64,000 nucleotides of DNA from Schmidtea nova. Taxonomy: Eukaryota. The translations under genes and the position numbers were made by a program. Below the pieces are notes generated by a model. That model was given only the letters and a program-made list of their open reading frames with translations. It was not told where the DNA came from and did not search any database. The stretch's first letter is position 1. Each line of letters begins with the position of its first letter. This document shows, piece by piece, positions 12,679 to 24,850 of this stretch. The DNA is taken from assembly GCA_044892505.1 (NCBI GenBank), contig CM097882.1:357864001-357928000 (forward strand), in the 5' to 3' direction.

Positions 12679-13809
12679 TAAAAGGTAAGTTCTTTTATTA
12701 ATTAGATTGCGGACGTGTATTTATGGATATGTATATTAGATATGTAATTGCTTTGTTATTTGTTTATGTTCTGTTCTATCACACTAGAAGAGTGTAAGTG
12801 CCCGAGAGAGTCTGGCGTTAGCAGTGTACCGACACTCGGGGTGAATGTTTAGTAATGCTTGATGTTATGCAACAAAAATAAAAACAAAATGATGAAATTA
12901 AATAATTATTATGTATCAACACAATTATAACAACTTTCAATAAATTACTTCTATTTTTGTAAATTCAGTAGTAGAATGGGATTTGTTAGAATAGGATTCG
13001 GCCTCAATACAGTTACTCAATAATTCAGCTCTTCGAGCAATATAATATTATTTACTGCTATTATCAATCAGGATAAAAAGTTTTATTATGGTTTTATCTT
13101 GGTTTGTAAAACGCTAATTTACGGGAGGATAATTTGTTAGGATAGGATTCGGCCTCAATACAGTTACACAATAATTCAGATCTTCGAGCAATATAATATT
13201 ATTCACTGCTATTAGCAATCAGGATAAAAAGTTTTATTTTGGTTTAATCTTGGTTTATAAAACGCTAATTTACGGGAGGATAATTTGTTAGGATAGGATT
13301 CGGCCACAATATAGTTACACAATAATTCAGATCTTCGAGCAATATGATATTATTCACTACTATTTTCCAACGGGATTTTCAGTTTTCTTGCGAGAATCTT
13401 CTTTTGTTATTCTTAATTTATTTTCAATATTTTCAAATTCTAATTCCTATAGTAATTCTGATTATTACTATAGGAATTGATTATTTTGTTTTTTTTAAAA
13501 TTATTTAATTTTTGTTAAATTTTAATTATTATCTAAAGAGAAACTGGAAATGAAAAACGTTAAAAGTTATAGAGATGTTTTCAAACTCATTCGACGATTA
13601 ATTATAATATAAAGGCCTAGTTTCCATTACTTACTAAACCTGCAAAAAAGGGGGGGGGAAGTACAAAGCGCACCACCATGACGACAACAACAACGCATAG
13701 TCATAAAAATAATAGCAAAATTTACACCTATATCCGCATATATACAATCATTCTGTAAAATCATGATCACACCAAATAACCATTGTTGACATTCTTCTCA
13801 CGCATCACA
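12679..13809 (-). repeat. 3' LTR of gypsy B
   Basis: Direct repeat of 18315-19443 with about 7 substitutions and 2 single-base indels by eye. Contains 2.5 copies of a 151-bp unit (12981-13365) and a 15-bp-stem hairpin (13442-13478). Confidence 0.97.
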
Positions 13810-13812
13810 CAA

Positions 13813-13823
13813 CTTCCCCCTTT
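13813..13823 (-). promoter_or_regulatory. Polypurine tract of gypsy B
   Basis: AAAGGGGGAAG on the minus strand, 3 nt before the 3' LTR start (TGTGATG). Confidence 0.85.
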
Positions 13824-14055
13824 AAAACCGGAGGTTAACATTTGACCGAAAAATTTACAATTTAACAAGGTTGATAACATATTTTTGTTGTTTTATTTTA
13901 TTTTGTATTTGTTTTTGTATATTTTTGTATTGTTTTACAACGTTAAACAATAAAATTTACAACGCTTCGCGAAAGAAAACAAAAAAAAATTAATAAAAAC
14001 TGTACAATTGGCTATGTTGTGCCTGTGTTATGCTTGTGTGTATTTGTGTTTTTAT

Positions 14056-17000
14056 TTAAAGCATTAGCTGTAATGTTTTTTCCTTGGGGTAGGCTGTGTG
14101 AGGCGTTGTGTGTAAATTTTGATTGTTGTAATGATAGGGTTTTAGTCTGCGGATGTTGACTCTAACTTTTCGGTTGTTTATCACTAATGTGCCCACGTTT
14201 TTGTCTAATTCGAGAAGTTTGTAAGGGCCTTCATATTTCGATTCGAAACCACTGGTAAAAGGTTTTTTATTAAAACCATATCGACCATTAAATTTGTTTT
14301 GGTTTGTTTGCTGTTATTGTCTATTGAGACTTCTTTTGGTTCATTTTGGGATGTTAGTGTTCTGTTCTTGTAAGTTTTATCAGGGTTTTTGTAGTTATCT
14401 ATTAAGTTTGGGAGGTTTGTTGAATGCCCGAAAGTTAATTGGCTTGGGCTTTTGTTGGTTAAGGATGAAGGGTTGTTTCGAAAACCAATTAGGATTTCTG
14501 GGAGTTTTTCTAACCAGTTTCTGTCATCGGCTTTAGTCCGAATCGCTTGTTTTAAAGATCTGTGCAATCTTTCCACTTTGCCGTTTGACTGGGGGTTATA
14601 GGCTGTTGTTCGGAATTTTTTTATTTTATATTTTGAGCAAAATCTTTTGAATAAGTCTGACTCGAATTGTCTGCCTTGATCACTGATAATTGTTTTTGGA
14701 CATCCGTATCTCGCAAACCAGTTTATTTCTAGTTTTCTGCAAATTGTTGCTGCTGAGATCTCTTTGATTGGGATTGCCTCAAACCAGTTGGTGTATCAGT
14801 CTATTATCGTCAATAGGTATTTGTGTTTGTTGTTAGGTGGTAATGGGCCCACTATGTCTATATGTATTGTTTGGAAAGGTTCTGTTTTTGGGAATTCAAT
14901 TTTTGTTGTTTTGAATTTTGTTGTTTTTTTGTTTTTCTGACAGTTTATACATGAGTTTACGTATTCTTTGATGTCCTTCCTCATGTTCGGCCATACCACT
15001 TTTGTATGCATAAGTTCGTATGTAGCTTTCGCTCCTGGGTGGTATATGTTGTGAAATTGTTTGATTAGTTCAGTTCTGTGTTCCTCAGGTACTATTAGTC
15101 TTATGTTGTTTTCGTTAGAGACATCGTACCAAATTCCATCAATCTCTTTTAGTATTAATGAGTTGAGTTTTGTGAAGTTATTTATTGTTCTTTCTTGTTT
15201 GTTTCTCATTGTTTCTTGATTCACTGTTGGAATCATGCTGATGGCGTTTGTTTCTGTTTCGATTCGCGAGAGGGTATCTGCACATATGTTTGCTGCTCCT
15301 GCTATATATTTTATTTCGCAATTGAATTGTGAAATGTAATTTAACTGTCTTATTTGCCTTGGTGATGGTAATTTCATGTTCATTGCGTTTACTAGGGGTT
15401 TGTGGTCTGTATACACTTCAAATTCTTTCCCTTCTAAGAGGTATTGATAGTGTTTTATTGTATCATGTACCGCCAACAGTTCCCTGTCAAAAGTGGAATA
15501 TCGCATTTGGTGAGTTTTGAGTTTTTTTGAGTAAAATGCGATGGGTTTTTTTTCGTTATGTTTTTCTTGGTATATTGTACCTCCCATTGCTGTTCCAGAG
15601 CAATCAGTGTTGAGGATGTATGTTAAGTTTGGGTCAGGGTAGTTTAATAGACTTGTGTTGGATAGGTTTGTTTTTGCCTTTTCAAAAACACTTTCTAGTT
15701 GTTTGTTCCAGTTGATTTTAATGTTTCTTTTGTTGGTGTTTAGGTCGTTTAGTGGTGCGAGTATCTCGCTGCACTTTGGGATGTGTTTGTGGTAAAAGTT
15801 TATCATTCCCATAAAACGACTTAATTCTCTTGTTGTTTTGGGGAGTGGGAAATCTTTGATGGCCTTTATTTTGTCGTCTAGAGGTCTTGTTCCATTTCCG
15901 TTAAGGATATGTCCCAAAAACTTGACTTCGTGTTTTAAGAATTCGCACTTCTTTATATTAATTTTGAGATCGTGGTTGTTGAGGGTGTTTAGAACTTCCG
16001 TGATGTCCTGCATATGTTCGGTTTTGTTTGTTGATGCGATTAGGATGTCGTCTAAATACGCTACCGTATTCCTGTGGTTTCTCAGAATTTGGTCCATGAA
16101 CCTTTGGAAAGTGGCGGCTGCGTTTTTTAAACCGAATGGCATTCGGTTGTATTCATATAACCCGATCGGTGTTATTATTGCAGTCTTTTTTACGTCTTCT
16201 TCACGCACCGGAATTTGGTGATACGCCTTTTGCAGGTCGATTTTACTGAAATATTTTGGATTATGTATCCTGTTTATGATGTCGTTGATTATATGTATAG
16301 GGTATTTGTCAGGTATTGTAATATTGTTCAAAGCTCTGTAATCTCCGCATGCTCTCCATTCGCCATTTGCTTTTTCTTTTAGCATCAGTGCGGATGACCA
16401 GTTGGAATTTGAATGTTGAATGATTCTGTTTTCCAGTAAATCGTCGAAGATTTCTTTGGTTATTGTGAGTTTTTGTTGTCCAGTTGTCTTACTTTGGCGT
16501 GGACAGGGTTACCATTTGTTATGATGGCGTGTTCTGTGATGCATTTATTTGTGGTTTCTATTGATAGTTTATCAGTGATTGTAGGGTAGTTTTTGAGTAA
16601 TTCTTTGATTTCTTTTGGTATGGAATTGTCTGCGTTTGTTTTTTCGCATTTTGTTATATTTTTAGTTTGTAATCCTTTAGTTTGTATTTTGGTTGTGTTT
16701 GCGGTTATTACCCCGATGTCACAATTTGTTAAGGTTTTTAAGTTTTCTTGGTTAGGTTTGTTGTTTGGGTATTTTTCTGTTTCGGAAGTATTTTGTATTA
16801 TTTTTTTATTTCGGCAGTCTACTAGCAAGTTATATTTCGCTAGGAAATCGGCTCCTACAATGGCCTGTTTCACGTCGGCGATGATGAATTCCCAATTGTA
16901 GTTTGTTTTGTTTATATTAATGGTTAGTTGCTGTTTGCCGTAGGTTTTGATGTTGCTGCCATTTGCTGCGCACAGGTTGTAGTTTCCTTCTTTTAAGGAT

Positions 17001-17212
17001 TGGTATAAATAACTTGGTAACAAACTAACTATTGAACCGGAGTCGACAAGGAAATTTATATTGTTGCTTTGCACCGTGAATGTTTCGTAGTCGCCAAATG
17101 TCGGTGCTGTCATTGGCGACTTTAATTGTTTTCCGGCTTCTTGTCGTGGAAAGTACAAGGTGCGTTGCACTTGAAAGCCTTGTCCCCAAATCTGTTGTGA
17201 AAATAACACCAA
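14056..17212 (-). pseudogene. gypsy B pol (protease, RT, RNase H, integrase), lightly damaged
   Basis: FLVDSGS, WRACGDYRALN, YLDDILI, TDCSGTAMGG, DTLSR, HxxxxH/CxxC zinc finger, IHIDIVGP, SDQGRQF and VERLHRSLK. Lesions: -1 nt in an A-run (16470-16474), CGA>TGA at 14796-14798 and -1 nt in an A-run (14263-14268). Confidence 0.95.
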
Positions 17213-18123
17213 TTTTCATTTGTTATGTAGTTGTTGTTTGTGTTATTGTATCGGTTCAAATTTGGTTTTTGCTCAGTGGGGTTGTTGTAGTTATTTTGGT
17301 AACGGTTAAAGTATGGGTTTTGTTCTGTACGGTTGTTTTGATTGAGCTGCTTTCTTTTCGTTTCTCTTTTTTGTGCCTCTTGTAAGTCGTTTCGGAGGTT
17401 CTTGTTTTCTATTAAGACCTCGTCGACTTTCTTTATTAACGAGTTAAGTAGAAGGTTGGTGTCGTTGTTATGGTTATCTCGTTTTTGGCAGTCTTCTTGC
17501 TTATTTTCCCATGGGTGCTATTTTCGGTATGTTTTGCAAACCGCTGGGAATAATTCATCATTTATTTTGTCCGCGATTTCGGCTACTTTGTCGAGGTCGG
17601 TGTTGTCATTTGCGGCTAAAATGCGTCTTATTTCTTGTGGCATAGCCCTCATGAATAGGTCCTTTACGAATTCGCTCGATTTCGAGCTTGTTATTTTGGG
17701 TTGTAGGAATTCCAGTTTTGTTTTAAGGTGCCTTAAAAATTCGCTAGGTTTGTCGTTTCCTAGCTGAATGTCTTTTAAGCAAGATTCTAGTATTTCTCTC
17801 CTGTTTATCTTATTTCTATTTAATAAGGTTGAGTACAGTGTTTCGAAAGGGTCATTATTTTTTTCTATTTCTTCTATTCTGTCGCCGATTTCGTTTAGTA
17901 TGTTGCTTGGCAATGCGGCGATTATGTGAGCGCATAGTGTTTTTGATGACTTGATCCCTGATAGAGTCAGTGTTAGCTTGGCGAACTCTAACCATTTTTG
18001 CGGGGTTCCGTTTTCATCGGTAAAAAAATTGGGGATGTTTGCCTTAGGGTTGATGATTGAGTTTATGGTGTTGTGGTCAAGTGGTGTTTGTGAATTGTTT
18101 GAGTTTGTTTGGTTTGATGCCAT
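17122..18123 (-). pseudogene. gypsy B gag with C-terminal CHCC motif
   Basis: Single frame of 334 codons with one internal TAG (17518-17520). Ends ...WCYFHNRFGDKAFKCNAPCTF (C-x2-H-x9-C-x3-C). pol overlaps in the -1 frame, with candidate slippery GGAAAAC at 17134-17128. Confidence 0.9.
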
Positions 18124-18298
18124 TTCTATATTCTTGCTGTTTGTTTATGTGAAGAAAAATGAAATTGGTTGAAGAATATAGCCTACTGTGTTCGGCTAAA
18201 AGAGTCAACTATCCTTTATAGCTCTATCTAATAGCTATTCTAAAAGGCTTAGTGATTGAAAAAACAATATTCGGCGATTGTGTGTTATGTTTTTTTTG

Positions 18299-18310
18299 CT
18301 TCTGACACCA
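18299..18310 (-). promoter_or_regulatory. Primer-binding site of gypsy B (tRNA-Leu(CAA)-like)
   Basis: TGGTGTCAGAAG is complementary to the 3' end of animal tRNA-Leu(CAA) (...CUUCUGACACCA) and lies 4 nt inside the 5' LTR. Confidence 0.8.
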
Positions 18311-18314
18311 GTTA

Positions 18315-19443
18315 TAAAAAGTAAGTTCTTTTATTAATTAGATTGCGGACGTGTATTTATGGATATGTATATTAGATATGTAATTGCTTTGTTATTTGTT
18401 TATGTTCTGTTCTATCACACTAGAAGAGTGTAAGTGCCCGAGAGAGTCTGGCGTTAACAGTGTACCGACACTCGGGGTGAATGTTTTGTAATGCTTGATG
18501 TTATGCAACAAAAATAAAAACAAAATGATGAAATTAAATAATTATTATGTATCAACACAATTATAACAACTTTCAATAAATTACTTCTATTTTTGTAAAT
18601 TCAGTAGTAGAATGGGATTTGTTAGAATAGGATTCGGCCTCAATACAGTTACTCAATAATTCAGCTCTTCGAGCAATATAATATTATTTACTGCTATTAT
18701 CAATCAGGATAAAAAGTTTTATTTTGGTTTTATCTTGGTTTATAAAACGCTAATTTACGGAAGGATAATTTGTTAGGATAGGATTCGGCCTCAATACAGT
18801 TACACAATAATTCAGATCTTCGAGCAATATAATATTATTCACTGCTATTAGCAATCAGGATAAAAAGTTTTATTTTGGTTTAATCTTGGTTTATAAAACG
18901 CTAATTTACGGGAGGATAATTTGTTAGGATAGGATTCGGCCACAATATAGTTACACAATAATTCAGATCTTCGAGCAATATGATATTATTCACTACTATT
19001 TTCCAACGGGATTTTCAGTTTTCTTGCGAGAATCTTCTTTTGTTATTCTTAATTTATTTTCAATATTTTCAAATTCTAATTCCTATAGTAATTCTGATTA
19101 TTACTATAGGAATTGATTATTTTGTTTTTTTTTAATTATTTAATTTTTGTTAAATTTTAATTATTATCTAAAGAGAAACTGGAAATGAAAAACGTTAAAA
19201 GTTATAGAGATGTTTTCAAACTCATTCGACGATTAATTATAATATAAAGGCCTAGTTTCCATTACTTACTAAACCTGCAAAAAAGGGGGGGGAAGTACAA
19301 AGCGCACCACCATGACGACAACAACAACGCATAGTCATAAAAATAATAGCAAAATTTACACCTATATCCGCATATATACAATCATTCTGTAAAATCATGA
19401 TCACACCAAATAACCATTGTTGACATTCTTCTCACGCATCACA
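18315..19443 (-). repeat. 5' LTR of gypsy B
   Basis: Near-identical to 12679-13809. Confidence 0.97.
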
Positions 19444-20396
19444 GGGAATATGCTTTTTGAAGTAATAATAGTCCCTATAAATTCGGATGAAGTAAGAGGA
19501 AAATCTGTTAAAGTCTTTACAGCATCGTTTAAGCTACAGCTTACAAATTGGCAAGAATCGATAAATTTAAAAGTTAAACTATCGACTCTTGCATATAAAG
19601 TCAAAAACATTTCACTTGTAGTAGGAATACAACTTATATCCCATTTAACGAATTTATTTAAACCATACTTGAGGATATGATGCAGATCATATCCACGTAA
19701 ATTATGAAATATGACTGGCATGATGAATCTTATTTGCCGAGAAAAATTACATTTAGAGCAAGCCGCACCCAAGTATTTACCTGTATAATGGTCATGATCT
19801 TTAACCGGATTTCTCAAAGGTTTATTACACAAATAACAAATTATAGAACTACGAAATGATCTTATTTGTGAAGTGGAAAGTTATTCCATTTTCTTTTTGG
19901 AATTATTTATAAAGTAAGGCAAAACTACTTTTTTTCCTATATCGTTGATTTCAGTCAAAAACTCTTCTACGCAGTTAAGACCATAAAAGCTTTTAAAAGA
20001 TTTTTCGCCAGTAAAGTTATTAATAAGCAACAAACCAGCAGAAATAGGCAAGTGGCGTTGAAAATACTTATCATCCTTGGGTAAAACAGCCTCAAAATCA
20101 GCATATACAACGAAAGGAGGGGTAACAATTTTTGACCAATCTTTAAATTCCAAGTTCTTATCTGAAGGCAAAGTGTACAAAGTTGTACCTAACTGGTTTT
20201 TTGTACATAAAGCCTGATGTTTCTCAAAAGCTTCAGTCAATCTAAAACCATTCAAGCAACGCTCACACCAAATGCATCTTATCCTGACATTGGTAACAGT
20301 AAGTTTGTCACAATTCAAAAGCCTATTAATATTGGTAACTCCTATATAATGAAAAGAGTCACTTTCCTCTAACAAAATCAAATTAATTGGAGTGCC
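19444..20396 (-). pseudogene. Maverick/Polinton polB copy 1, 5' part (exonuclease and endonuclease-VII-like insert)
   Basis: CIWCERCL, PFVVYADFEA, KDHDHYTGKYLGAACSKCN and VIFHNLRGYDLHHI. In-frame TAA at 19881-19883. The N-terminus is lost at a junction with the capsid gene. Confidence 0.95.
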
Positions 20397-20405
20397 CAAG
20401 TATTT

Positions 20406-21408
20406 ACAACCCAAGTATTTATTACCGGGTGTTAGTGCTCAAATTAAATTGACGAGATCAAATCCAGACAATAGTTTAACATACACAAAAGTTGAACCTA
20501 TAATTGAATTATTAGGGGGAAATTAATGGTTAGAAGAGTAAGAATTGAGCCATCTGTTTTGGCTGGGCATCAAATTGGACTTGGTACAAGAAATGCAATT
20601 TATCCAATAAGAAATAAGGAAGTTGTAGAATTTTCATTGCCAGTGGGTTCTTCGTCATTTTATAAATAACAAAATTTTGTTGATAGATCAAATTTTATTC
20701 TTGTAGCATTTTAATGAAATAAAAGACATGGCGGTTCATTTACCGAAACTTATTCTATTTACAATCATTTTAATGTAAAATCATTAAATTTAATTGATAA
20801 TTGAGGAAAATATTCGGAAAATCTTGAAAATGACAATTGCAGTACTAGTTATATGCAATCCATTGTCCGTAACCTTGGTTACCTGAATTAATGTATGAAT
20901 TGTGGTATTTCATTAGCCGATTGGAATCCAAAAAATCCATTTTCACCTTTGTTTTGGCTCCAAATTTTGATCTAAATCAAAGTCAATTACCCCAACAGGG
21001 TAATCTTAGACTTGATATTAAGTTTGGTACACCATTGACTGAATCAATTTCTGTAATTGTATATGGAATACATTAGAACCTCGATTTGCGTCGTTTCGAT
21101 TTGCGTTGTTTTCGAAGTTGCGTCGTTCTTGAATTTTTGTCATTTCAGAGTTTCGTCGTTAAAATTTTGGTTTGCGTCGCTTAAATTTTTTATAAATAGG
21201 ATGTTCCATTTAATTCTGATTTAATTAAATAGTTTTTGATACAAGGAATTGTTTTCTGTTAGTACTTATTAACAAAATATAGTAATACATACGTCAATAC
21301 TAAAAACTCGATTTGTGTCATCTTTTTCAAGTCCCAATTAACGACGCAAATCGAGGTTCCAGTGTATTTGAAAAAGAATTGCAAATTACATCTAATCGAC
21401 AATATTAG
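20406..21408 (+). pseudogene. Maverick/Polinton major capsid protein (double jelly-roll), C-terminal part
   Basis: QPKYLLPGVSAQIKLTRS...LMVRRVRIEPSVLAGH...AIYPIRNKEV...GNLRLDIKFGTPL..ISVIVYGI|FEKELQITSNR matches the Polinton MCP pattern. Several frameshifts, and split by a MITE. Confidence 0.85.
21071..21364. mobile_element. Tc1/mariner(pogo)-type MITE
   Basis: TIRs CA(T/C)T(A/G)GAACCTCGATTTGCGTCGTT with TA on both sides (21069-70, 21365-66). Excising it restores the MCP frame (YGI-FEKE). Confidence 0.9.
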
Positions 21409-21680
21409 TTTTATTGGAAATCAAACGTTGTTTTTCAAATAGATACTTTAACTTTCCCTTTATTTTTAGGGTCAAAAGTGTCCCAGGCCGAATTTAGATT
21501 AAAATAATTAAAAAACTTGTTGATAGATTGAGCTGATATTTGTTGACTTTTTAAATGCACATTCAAAGAGTAAAATAACGGTCATTTTAAAAGTTGTTAT
21601 CCATCAATCATCTTTTCATTGCTAATCTTTCTAGATTTTGATTTATAAAGTTTTTTGTAAAAATAGTTTTTTTCAAGAAA

Positions 21681-21905
21681 ATGACCGAAAGAGATTCAGG
21701 GGATGAGGTTTTTGATGATTTTGAGGACTTAATGAATATCGAAGATGAAGAATCAGCAGAAATTGAACAACAATTAGAAGAAAATGATGAAATTGAAGAT
21801 AGTGATGATGAGAGTGATTATGAACATTGCAGCCAAAAAGTGTTGTGCAATTCTTGCTCAGGCGCAACTCATGATGATGAAAGTGATGATTATGATTATG
21901 AATAA
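21681..21905 (+). CDS. 74-aa highly acidic hypothetical protein
   Basis: Intact ATG-TAA ORF, D/E-rich, with a CNSC motif. Downstream of the MCP on the same strand. No recognised domain. Confidence 0.45.
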   Translation: MTERDSGDEVFDDFEDLMNIEDEESAEIEQQLEENDEIEDSDDESDYEHCSQKVLCNSCSGATHDDESDDYDYE

Positions 21906-22022
21906 CCTTAAAATTGATGTAATTTGCTTAAATTGATAGACTTCTCACTAAATACACACTGTTTCATGTTTTTAAAAAAAGTCTTCTATTTGGGACATTT
22001 TTTACCCCAGATATAATATAAG

Positions 22023-22849
22023 CAGCGGCGGAACTACTGGACGCAGGACCCTGCGTTGCGGGGGGGCCTACCAGCTATAGGGGGCCCTCATATAAAAAAA
22101 ATTATACTCTCAATAATATTTATACTATAAAACTCTTTTCCGCAGGTATAGTGGGCCCTAAAATATAAAACTTGGATAAAAAAAATGTCATCCATCGTAT
22201 TAAAATATATTGTTCAAAAAATTATTTTTGTATTGGAGTGCGTAGTTTACATTTAAACGAAAAGTTTTAACCTTTTTAAAATTGCATACGCAATTGAGAA
22301 ATAAAGTACGATTATCAGCTGCGAACTGCCAGATTTTATGGTAAAGTCAATGCTACACGATGAAATATCAAAAATATCATCTATACGTGAATTGGCTGAC
22401 CTTTTAATAGTAAAATTGTCAACTATAGCTGCAAGCGTTCCACAAGTGATAACAGCATTGTTATTGTTTCTTACATTACCTGTTACTGTTGCATCAGCTG
22501 AACGTTCTTTTTCGAAACTTAAAATAATAAAAAATTATTTACGAAATACCATTGGTAAAGAATGTTTAAGCGACCTTGCAATACTTTCTATTGAGGCAAA
22601 AGCGGCTGGAAAAATGGAAATGAAAAACATCATTACCGATTTTGCCAATATGAAATCAAGAAGGAAAGATTTCACTATTTAAGTTCGGTTAAGTTTTAGT
22701 TTCGTTTTTAAGTTATCTTTATCTTTATTTAATTTTTTGTTTTTAAATATGATATATGAAATAAATATCTATTTAATATGTGAAGCTTTATTTTTTTTTA
22801 AAAAAACATTCTTTTGCGGGGGGGCCCAAATTTTGAAGTTCCGCCACTG
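22023..22849 (+). mobile_element. Non-autonomous hAT deletion derivative carrying the C-terminal dimerization domain
   Basis: TIRs CAG(C/T)GGCGGAACT and a perfect 8-bp TSD AATATAAG (22015-22022 and 22850-22857). ORF 22338-22682 has LTLPVTVASAERSFSKLKIIKNYLR...LAILSIE. Confidence 0.93.
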
Positions 22850-23242
22850 AATATAAGCAATTTTTTATCTGATATAAAGGAAAAGTTAAATGAATACGTT
22901 ATTGGATATTTTAAATATTCCATCCAGTATTGAAGAAAATTTACTGTCGGATTTCTGACCAAATTAACTGCCGAAATTGAATTTTCTTCAAAAATTATTA
23001 GATATTTTCTTGTTTCGACATCTTTTTCGATCCTAGAATAAAAAATAAAAACTATTCATTTTAAATAAGTTAAACCTACTTTTAAATTGATACATTTTTT
23101 AATGAAATCTGTATATTATTATTAATTTATATGTTTTCAAAATTTAAATAAACCAATCAGGATTTATTTAGCTTATTAACCGAATTTTATGTATTAATAT
23201 TTATGTGTGCAGATACACACTTTATATTTGATAATTATTAAT

Positions 23243-23244
<2 letters not shown>

Positions 23245-23274
<30 letters not shown>
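23245..23274. repeat. (TA)n microsatellite
   Basis: Directly visible. Confidence 0.95.
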
Positions 23275-23277
<3 letters not shown>

Positions 23278-23828
23278 TAATTCTTTTATAATATTTTTAT
23301 TTATAGTGCATTATATCTGACATATTGTAATTCCTCAACTCATGATGAAAATTGTCACGAGTCGATGAAAATTTACAACTCCCACAAACATAACCACATA
23401 ACTTACCTAATTTGTACTTTCTGTAAAATATCTTCTGTTAGAGACTTTTATCGTATTCATAAGTTTCACTTGAATCAATTTCAGACATCGAANNNNNNNN
23501 NNNNNNNNNNNNNNNNNNNNNNNNNNNNNNNNNNNNNNNNNNNNNNNNNNNNNNNNNNNNNNNNNNNNNNNNNNNNNNNNNNNNNNNNNNNNNNNNNNNN
23601 NNNNNNNNNNNNNNNNNNNNNNNNNNNNNNNNNNNNNNNNNNNNNNNNNNNNNNNNNNNNNNNNNNNNNNNNNNNNNNNNNNNNNNNNNAAAAGAAAAAT
23701 ACAATCTGTGGTCCCACCCGAAATAAAATATTTAAATTAAATGAAATTTTCTCTAATTTTGTATTGACGCAGAGTTTGAAAAAGATGGTGAATTTATATT
23801 ATTTATCATTCCAAACTCTGTAAGATCA

Positions 23829-24850
23829 ATGAGTTATACCTTTTTAGATGAGGGTATATATCTTTTAAGTGAAAAAATAACTTTTATTAACGACAAAGGG
23901 AGTAACTGGGTCATTAACAAAGTTAAAGAAATTCATTTCGTTTTAACTAAATTTGCTAAAATTAGTAGTTTAAGTGGGCGTGGACATATTGAAACCCCTA
24001 AATCTTTACAACTAAAACATTTTACTGTAAACGTGAGAAAATTTGATGACTTATGTTTCATTTATAGCATTTTGGCTATTTTGAAATATGATGAGATAGA
24101 AAATAATAGAAATAGGGCAATTAATTATAATCTTTCTGATCTTGACTTTGATCCTACTGATTTTACGATATGACGTTGTAACACTCCCAAATTTGAGGCT
24201 AGATATCCTGGACTTGCTATTAATATTATTTCTTACAATGAGGATACTTTACTTGATACCTTGGCAAGCCTAGAAGTTTTTAAACATTCATGTGTTGGCG
24301 TTATTCATTGGTTGAAAGTTGTTGGTGGTACTCCAATCAATTTAATTTTGTTGGAAAGTGGTGATGCATATCATTATATTAAGGTCACCGATCTTGATAG
24401 GCTTTTGAATTTTGATTATCGTACAATTTCCAATACTCGCATTTAAAGTATATGGTGTCATCGATGCTTGAACGGATTTCGAAAAATGGAAGCATTCGAT
24501 TGTCATCAACCGTTGTGTGCTAAAAGTCAATTGAGTACAACTCTTTATACTTTATCTAGGAATAAATATTTGAAATTTAGCAATTGGGGCAAAACAATTA
24601 CCCCACTTTTTGTTGTTTACGTCGATTTTGAGGCAAATTTACCTGCTGATGATAAATATTTATAAATACATGTCCCAATATCTGCCGGTCTTTTATTTGT
24701 AAATAACTTTACTGGAGAAAATATTTACAAGAGTTTCCTAGGACTTGATTGTGTTTCTAAGTTTCTTTCTGAAATTAGTGATATTTCTAAAACTATTGTT
24801 TATCTCTTTTATAAAAATAATTTCAAGAAACTTCTTTTTATGATTGTGTC
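23829..24850 (+). pseudogene. Maverick/Polinton polB copy 3 (diverged subfamily), N-terminal portion only
   Basis: GSNWVINKV..., NVRKFDDLCFIYSILAIL, GTPINLILLE, WCHRCLNGF and PLFVVYVDFEA are colinear with copies 1 and 2. Many stops and frameshifts. Homology ends near 24850. Confidence 0.85.

Larger units (their letters stand above)
12679..19443 (-). mobile_element. Full-length Ty3/gypsy LTR retrotransposon B (CsRn1-like clade) inserted in Polinton polB
   Basis: Two ~1.13-kb LTRs, PBS, PPT and gag-PR-RT-RH-INT order. TSD GGGA(A) on both sides (12674-12678 and 19444-19448). Removing the element restores the polB sequence IFPYNFA seen uninterrupted in copy 2. Confidence 0.97.

Noticed and set aside
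12981-13365. 151-bp LTR repeats (and the 272-bp array at 45.3 kb) as CRISPR arrays
   Set aside because: These are contiguous tandem units with no unique spacers, no cas genes and a eukaryotic context.
15329-18172. Plus-strand ORFs over gypsy B (and similar ones over polB, hAT and Tigger genes)
   Set aside because: They are antisense shadows of real coding frames, rich in F/L/V with no motifs.
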